Origin: Camelus dromedarius
Lineage: Eukaryota
Direction: 5' to 3'
Length of the DNA stretch: 64,000 nucleotides
NCBI RefSeq assembly: GCF_036321535.1
Contig: NC_087437.1
Span: 63,862,001-63,926,000 of the forward strand
A program made the position numbers and the translations under genes. The notes under the pieces are model-generated. The model was not told where the DNA came from. It made no database searches and saw nothing but the letters and a program-made list of their open reading frames with translations. Positions 57,207 through 64,000 of this stretch are shown one piece after another (position 1 is the first letter of the stretch; each line of letters begins with the position of its first letter).

Positions 57207-59463
57207 AAAGCATACCAGAATTAAAAGGGCCTCTTAAATGTTCTTTTGCTGAATCCCAAAAAAGAACCTTTTCTTTTTTTAAGTGATAAACTGAGGCAAA
57301 GTCATTTTTTTTGTTCATTTGAGGCACTTAATTAGCCTGTTCAAGTCAGAATCAAAGCTACATGTTATTTACAATTTTTTGACTGGAACCTAGATTTCCC
57401 TCTTTTCTGTTAGGTGCTTTGGTAAACCTGAGCTATACTGATTTCCTTTGGTTAGTGTTCCCTGATTTGTGTGTGTATCTGATGGTGGGGGAGGAGGAGG
57501 AGGGAGGGGGAAAGGGGAGGAGAGGGAGGGGGATGGACCCCTTTCCCCACCTGCACTGACCATTTTGAGTTAGTTCTTTGGTCTGGTGAATTCTTTTTGC
57601 CAGTGCTAGAGATTATTTATAAAAGTCATTCCTGCCTCCTTGTGTGTGATTGAATCTACCTATTTTGTAATCAATGTCACATTCAATAAGCTTGTTCTCA
57701 ATTCCTTCATCCAACCTAGTGATTTTTCTGACTGCTCTGAGGAGGCCTCAGTTCCCTCAGTGGGAGGCAGGTGGATGGAACGCCCACCTCCCCAACCCCG
57801 ACACCCCACCCCACCCCAACCCCAAACCCTTCTGCCAGGGAGCCTGCTGCTTCCATCTTGCAGACGTAGAGCTTCTGTAAAGAATTTGTTTAGAGAAAAA
57901 GTGCTCTGTGACTTATCAAGCTTGGAGCCTGCTGATCTGGGCCAAGAGGCGAACAGACTCTAATACCCGTCTTGGGGTCCTTGCTGCATTCTTCTCCCAT
58001 GGCCTCTGATAAGCCATCTTCTCAGCATTTATCCACTTTCTGGAAAGTAGACCCCAACCTGAGCAATTGTTTGTAGGCTGAATCCCTCCTCCAGGTAATT
58101 ATTCTTCTTTCCTCTCCACGCTGTGGCTTAACTGCACACTAAGCTGCGCAGGGGGCAATTCTCACTTTTGGCGCCTCTGCAGCATGTGGGCCAGCACCCC
58201 CTTCTCCTGTCACACTGCGGCAGGGCACCGACCGAAAGTCGGTTGTATCACCTCCCCAGGTATTGCCGTGAAGGCCTGGACTCGAATTTTCAGTGCCATT
58301 CTTTTTCTCTTTGAGAAGATTTGCCAGAACTCAGACACTTTTTACCTTATTTCCATAGTTTCTCAGAAGTCACGGGTAGTGGCTTTCTGGTGAGACACCA
58401 CAGTTCCTCAGTTACCCACCCCCCGCCCCATGCGGGCTCTGCAGATCCAAAGCCAGGCGGTCTGTCAGACGGAGTTTCTTCCTCTGTTTCATTTGCTTTT
58501 CCATTTCCCCAAAACAGCTTAGACTTAACCTTCCTTAACCATCCATGTTTTAACCTTTTTGAAGAGAGAAACTTGAAGAAAGTGTAGACTGAATTAGTCA
58601 GTGTGGCTGTCTTAACTGTCTGTCAGGGAGGAATTCCCGGGTCCTTTCTGCTTGAAGGTTTTCCTGAAACATCCTGCTCACTGAGGACTCTGATTATTTT
58701 TTCATTCTGGGCCTGTGTGATCTTTTTCTGACACGGCTTAGTCCAGGTCACACACACACACCTAGATGTCTTGGTGAGGCTAATTTGGTGCCCTGGTCTT
58801 CATCTTGTCCTAAAGTCCTGATCTGCTTTTTGGAGCATCAGCTGCCCTCCCGGGCCCCTCTGTCTCTGGGATGTCTTGTCCTAAGGATCGTCCCCTGAGC
58901 ACGTCCTTCACGTCCTTCTGGTGAAGCTGCCGTAGAGGGTGAGTCTGACCATCTGTTCACATCACTCCTTCCTTCCCTTGGCGTTGGTGCTGACCTGGGT
59001 TCCAGAGCTACTTTTGTTAGAGGAAAGCATGCTAAATCCCTCCATGCCGTCACCCGCGGTCCACAGGCTCAGACGACCTCAGATCGGAAGGGGCTGAAAC
59101 AGTGAGGCAGCCCAGGTGCCTGCCTGGGGCTGGAACCCCTTTGTGATAACCCTGCAAGGGGTGGGCCGGCCTCTGCTGCTGAGTACAGCCACTTCCCTCC
59201 TTGGCCGGCTCTGACTGTCCGGCAGTCTGGCTGTGGCTCTGCCCCATCATCCTGTGAAGCAGCCCAGGCCCACCCCTGACAGTGCCCGCACTTTTGCCGC
59301 TACCACCCCGATGGGCAGGAGACGGTGGCTCCCTTCTGTCCCACACTGGATCTGCGCCCCCCTCTCTGCTGTGGCTCTTTAGCATGTCGTCACTCAGAAG
59401 GCCAAACTCTTTCCTGCAGTTTGGAAGTTGGATAGATAGGCCCAGAGGAGCACCTAGCTACAT

Positions 59464-59466
<3 letters not shown>

Positions 59467-59504
<38 letters not shown>
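59467..59504. repeat. (TG)19 microsatellite
   Basis: Perfect TG run. Confidence 0.95.
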
Positions 59505-59507
<3 letters not shown>

Positions 59508-61447
59508 AAATCTCCCTCATCTTCCAGGCTGCTGGCTCCCTCTTGCCTTGCATCCCACTGAACCCCTGGACCTGCCTGCCTGAGCTCCTGGGAACTCTGA
59601 CCGGAGCTTCGTCCAGGCCCTGTCTGCTCTGTGCAGTCACCAGAAAGCCTCCTCTCCTCTCCCTGAAGCCTGAGTGTAGCTAAGCCCCACCTTGCCAGCT
59701 CTCCTTCCTGCCCCTCCACCCTGACTCCTGTCTACACCGTCTAAAATAGGGTCTCACTCCACCACCAGCACCTCTCACCTCCTGTGAGGACTTCAGAATT
59801 CTCACACTCACCTTTCCAGACGCTCAGGGTCACCCTTTATCTACTAGAAGAGGATGTGTCGCTGCCGGGGAACATGTTGGTTTGGCGGTGGAGAACTCCT
59901 CATTTCAGGAGGAAGATCTTAGGTTCCTGGCTTTTAAGTCAGACCATCTTGGGTCCAGATCCCAGCCATGCCTCCTTGAGCAGCATTTCCCAAGCCTCTG
60001 GGGTGGCTTTCATTACATTCATGAGGAAAATGAGGCTCCGAGCAGTTAGACAACTTTCCCTAGATCCTGGAGCTGGGAAGTTTAGGCTGGGGCCTAAACT
60101 CAGATGGTTCTTGACCCCAGAGACCACAATCCCTCCCCTTCAGGTCACTGCTAATGTCAGTATGCCAAGTTGCCCCCCTGAAAGGCCAGGTGAGGATAGC
60201 AGTAGTGTGGCCCCTGAGCAGCGTCTGCCTGCCTGCCTTGTTCGGAAGTTTTCGTATCTTTTAAAATTTTTTTCTGAAGTAGGAGCCACTGCTTTTATTG
60301 TCAAAAAGTCTGTTTTCTTAAATTTCTTGCTGTCAGATTTCATCACCTTCTTCCATTCCTGCAATACCCTGGTCCACCTCACAGACGGGGAACTAGGGCC
60401 CCAAGGAGGTCATTGATTTGCCTAGAGACTTTCAGAGAGGCCAGGATCAGAATTGTCCCTCACCCCAGTCATAGTTTATTAATTGTATTCCCACTCCCAT
60501 TTTTCATGTTGAATAGATTTGAACTAATCAGACTGGGAATGTACTGAGTTGGAACTTTTTAAAAAATTGATTCTTTTTCTGAACCCTGATGCTGAACAGG
60601 CATTGGGCAATTGGTTTGCACTGACACAATTATCCTGCCGGGAAAATGCTCCCCACGATCTATTCGCAGCTGTAGAGCAACCTCATGAAGGGATTCTACT
60701 CCAAGTGAAGAATTTTATCATCCACACTGGAGTTAGTAAAGGTGGGGTTTAGGGTCAATGTACAAGTGAGCTTTTTATTTCAGAAGATGAGATACTCTAT
60801 AAACCGTTAGCAGGGCAGGATGTCGAACCTTGTGGAGACTTCAAAAAAGCAACAATCCCTGGTTCCTGCTGAGATTTTAATCCAAGAGCAGGTTTTTTGA
60901 AAGGGTGACAAGGGAAATCAGTTGGTAGCAAGCCAGTGCATTGAGGTGAACTAAATATTCACTAGATGTTAGAGCTACAGTCCAGGTTGAAGTTTTTAAA
61001 ATAGCCTGCAGTTCTTCTCCTGGCCTCTGGGTGGCCCCTGTGGGGCTCCTGGTCCCATGGTCCCCAGGAAGCCTGTGTGCATGTACTGTTCCCCAACCAC
61101 CTTCTATAAAGGTTTAGCATAACTCGTAACTTTTGTTTAAATCAGTCATTATACTTGTGATTGCAAAACGATGAAAGAAGCCATTCAGCTGATGGATAGG
61201 GTGATCAGAACTGAAATGGTTTAAGCAGCACTGGGGCTGGGGTGGGGGGTGAAATGGCAAAATTTTAAGCAGGCAAAGATTAGAAACCATGTTATACCAT
61301 TTCAGAGTAAGCAGAGTAAGATACTCATGCTGGTGCCAAATCACTTTCCACAGCTATGAAACCAAAACTTCCTTTAATGGGAAATAAGGACTTTTGTTCA
61401 TATTGGCAACATAGCTCTTTAAAATGCAAATATTAACTAAATTTTCT

Positions 61448-61645
61448 CTTTTTTAAAAACATTTTTTTATTGATTTATAATCATTTTACAATGTTGTGTC
61501 AAATTCCAGTGTAGGACACAATTTTTCAGTTATACATGAACATATATATATTCATTGTCACATTTTTTTTCTCTGTGAGCTACCATAAGATCTTGTATAT
61601 ATTTCCCTGTGCTATACAGTATAATCTTGTTTATCTATTCTACAT
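61448..61645 (-). mobile_element. Young camelid-type L1 3' end (198 bp) with perfect 15-bp TSD
   Basis: ttttattgatttataatcattttacaatgttgtgtcaaattccagtgtag...; TSD TTAACTAAATTTTCT at 61433-61447 and 61646-61660. Confidence 0.9.
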
Positions 61646-61664
61646 TTAACTAAATTTTCTATTG

Positions 61665-61825
61665 AATTTCATAGCTTACAAAGCACTTTCAAATGCATCA
61701 TTTCACTGGGTCTTCATAACCACCCTGAGAGGTACATATTCCTTGTTTATCAATAAAGAAACTGAGGCTCAGAGCCCTTAATGACTTCCCCAGGATCACA
61801 CAGCTAGTAAGACTGTGTGAGCAGG
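61665..61825 (-). mobile_element. MIR SINE
   Basis: ttacaaagcactttcaaatgcatcatttca ... aagaaactgaggctcagag ... ggatcacacagctagtaa. Confidence 0.75.
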
Positions 61826-62797
61826 ATTTTTTTTAATGGGTGCTTTATTGAGACATAATTCACATACCATTAAATTCACCTTTATAAAATTGATAAAATT
61901 ATAATTCAGTGATTTTTAATATATTCATGAAGTTATGCAACTATCACCACTAATTACAGAACACTGTTATCATCCCCCAAAGAAACCTCATACCTGTTAG
62001 CAGTCACTCCTCACTCCTGCTCACTGCAGCTCCTAGCAACCTCAAATCCACTGCCTGTCTCTATGAATGTGCCTGTTCTGGACATTTTGTATAAATGGAA
62101 TCATACAATGTGTGGCCTTTGGAGACTGGCTTCTTTCACTTAGCAAATTTCAAGGTTCATTCATGTTGTATCATATAACAGCACTTCATTCCTTTGTGCA
62201 GATATACCACATTTTGTTTATTCCTTCATCAGTTGATGGGCAGTTGGGTAGTTTCCACTTTCAGGCTATTACTAATTATGCTGCTATGAACATTGTGTAC
62301 AAGGTTTTACATGGACTTATGTTTTCAGTTCTCTTGGGTATGTACATAGAAGTATAATAATTGTTGGTTCATATACTAACTCTGTGTTTAACATTTTGAA
62401 GAACTGCCAAACCGTTTTTCAAAGCAGCTGCACTATGTTACATTCCACCCAACAGTGCACGGGGGTTCCCATTCCTCTACATCCTCACCAGCACTTGTTA
62501 TTGTCTGACTTGCTGATTACAGCCATCCTGGGGAGTGTGAAGTGGTTCCTTGTGGTTTTGATTTGCATTTCCCTTGATGACTAATGATGTTAAATATCTT
62601 TTCATGTGCTTATTGGTCATTTGTATAGTTTCTTTGGAGAAATGTCTATTTAAATTGTTTTCCCATCTTTTAATTGGGTTATTTGTCTTATTGTTGAGTT
62701 GTAAGAGTTCGTTGTTTATTCTGGTTACAAGACCCTTATTAGGTATATAGTTTGCCACAATTTTCTCTTATTCTGTGGGTTGTCTTTTCACTTTCTT

Positions 62798-63622
62798 TTT
62801 TATAATCATTTTTTAATTTTGGGGTGAAGTAATTAGGTTTATTTATTTTTTTAATGGAGGTACTGGAGATTGAACCCAGGACCTTGTGCATGCTAAGCAT
62901 GCACTCTCCCACTGAGCTATAATCATTTTTAAGTTATGGTAAAATTAAAATTTTCCATTTTAACCACTTTAAAGTTTATAGTTCAGTGGATTAAGTACAT
63001 TCATATTGTTGTGCAACCACCACCACCATTCCTCTCCAGAACTTTTTTATCTTCCCAAACTGAAACTTTATACTTATTAAACAATAACTTCCCATTCTGC
63101 CCTAACTCCTGGCAAACAACATTCTGCTTTCTGTCCCTGTGAATTTGACTACTCTGGGTATCTCATATAAGTAGATCATATAGTATTTGTTCTTTTGTGA
63201 CTGGCTTCTTGTACTTAGCGTAATGTCTTCAAGGTGTCATCCACACTGTAGCATGTGTCAGAATTTCATTCCTTTTCAAGGATGAATAATATTCCATTGT
63301 ATATGTATACCACATTTTTGCTTATCCATTCATCCATTGATGAACAGTTGAGTTTCTTTAAATTTTTGGCTATTGTGAATAATGCTGCTGTAAACGTGAG
63401 TGTACAAATATCTGTATAAGCCCTTGCTTTCTGTTCTTTTGGGTATATACCCAGGAGTGGGATTGCTGGATCATATGGCAATTCTATGTTTAATTTTTTA
63501 AGGAATTGTCATCCTGTTTTCTAAGTAACTGCATCATTTTATGTAACCACCAGCAATGCACAAAGTTGGTGAGGATGTGAAGGAACTGGGACCTTCACAT
63601 CCTCACCAACACCTTTTTTAAA
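62798..63622 (-). mobile_element. Inner 5'-truncated L1 nested in the outer L1 (candidate TSD ACTTTCTT)
   Basis: A second copy of the L1 3' end starts at about 62930 (ttaaaattttccattttaaccact...); ACTTTCTT at 62790-62797 and 63623-63630. Confidence 0.8.
62814..62920 (-). mobile_element. Camelid tRNA-derived SINE (Vic-1 type), slightly 5'-truncated, 13-bp TSD
   Basis: ggaggtactggagattgaacccaggaccttgtgcatgctaagcatgcactctcccactgagctat; TSD TATAATCATTTTT at 62801-62813 and 62918-62930. Confidence 0.88.
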
Positions 63623-64000
63623 ACTTTCTTGATGGTGTTATTTGAAATACAAAATTTCGAAGTTTTGATGAAGTCTAGTTTATCTATTTTTTCTTTTTCA
63701 CTTGTGCTTTTGGTGTCATATCTAAGAAACCATTGCCTAAATGAAAGTCACCAAGACTTACTCGTATATTTTCTTCTAAGAGTTTTATAGTTTTAGCTCC
63801 TACATTTAGGTCTCTGATTCATTTCAAGTTAGTTTTTGCATATGGTGTGAGGTAGGAGTCCGACTTCATTCTTTTGCTTGTGGATAGCCAGGTGTTTTAG
63901 CACCATTTGTTGAAAAGACTGTTCTTTCCTCATCCAGTTGTCTTGGCTACCTTGTGCAAATCAATCAATCATAAATATGAGTTTATGTCTGGACTCTCAC

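Larger units (their letters stand above)
61828..64000 (-). mobile_element. Outer L1 (L1MB-like), continuing past the window end, interrupted at about 62798-63622
   Basis: Reverse L1 3' UTR/ORF2 text; ttgtcttttcactttctt resumes as actttcttgatggtg after the insert. Confidence 0.88.

Noticed and set aside
58224..58245. Small hairpin accgac-cgaaa-gtcggt, superficially like a tracrRNA 3' stem or a papillomavirus E2 site
   Set aside because: Only a 6-bp stem, E2 spacing is wrong (N5 rather than N4), and there is no other scaffold or viral sequence nearby.
62067..63481. ORFs with L1 ORF2-like peptides (e.g. [30 protein letters not shown])
   Set aside because: Fragments of decayed L1 with stops and frameshifts, not functional genes.
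55445..64000. ADCY5 exon 13
   Set aside because: I found no phase-0 exon encoding the next M2 helices, so it probably lies beyond the window.

Overview
Mammalian genomic DNA, most likely camelid (three tRNA-derived Vic-1-type SINEs and cetartiodactyl/camelid-type L1 3' ends). The whole window lies inside the adenylate cyclase 5 gene (ADCY5) on the + strand. It covers about 24 kb of the 3' part of intron 1, then 11 coding exons (equivalent to human exons 2-12) with canonical AG/GT ends and consistent phases. These splice to 1308 nt (436 codons) with no stop and encode the end of M1, the helical stalk, catalytic C1a, C1b (including a 23-nt micro-exon) and the start of M2. The window ends in intron 12. 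The introns are rich in L1, L2, MIR, MaLR/ERVL LTRs and hAT MERs, with several nested insertions and intact target-site duplications (TSDs). I found no evidence of a novel multi-gene system. The best leads are cis-regulatory or splicing features (an SREBP-like site before exon 5, co-oriented CTCF motifs before exons, a frame-shifting micro-exon, a weak donor followed by a G-quadruplex), a MER53 hairpin, and a template-switch inverted duplication. Repeat subfamily names and human numbering come from recognition and memory, not from database searches.
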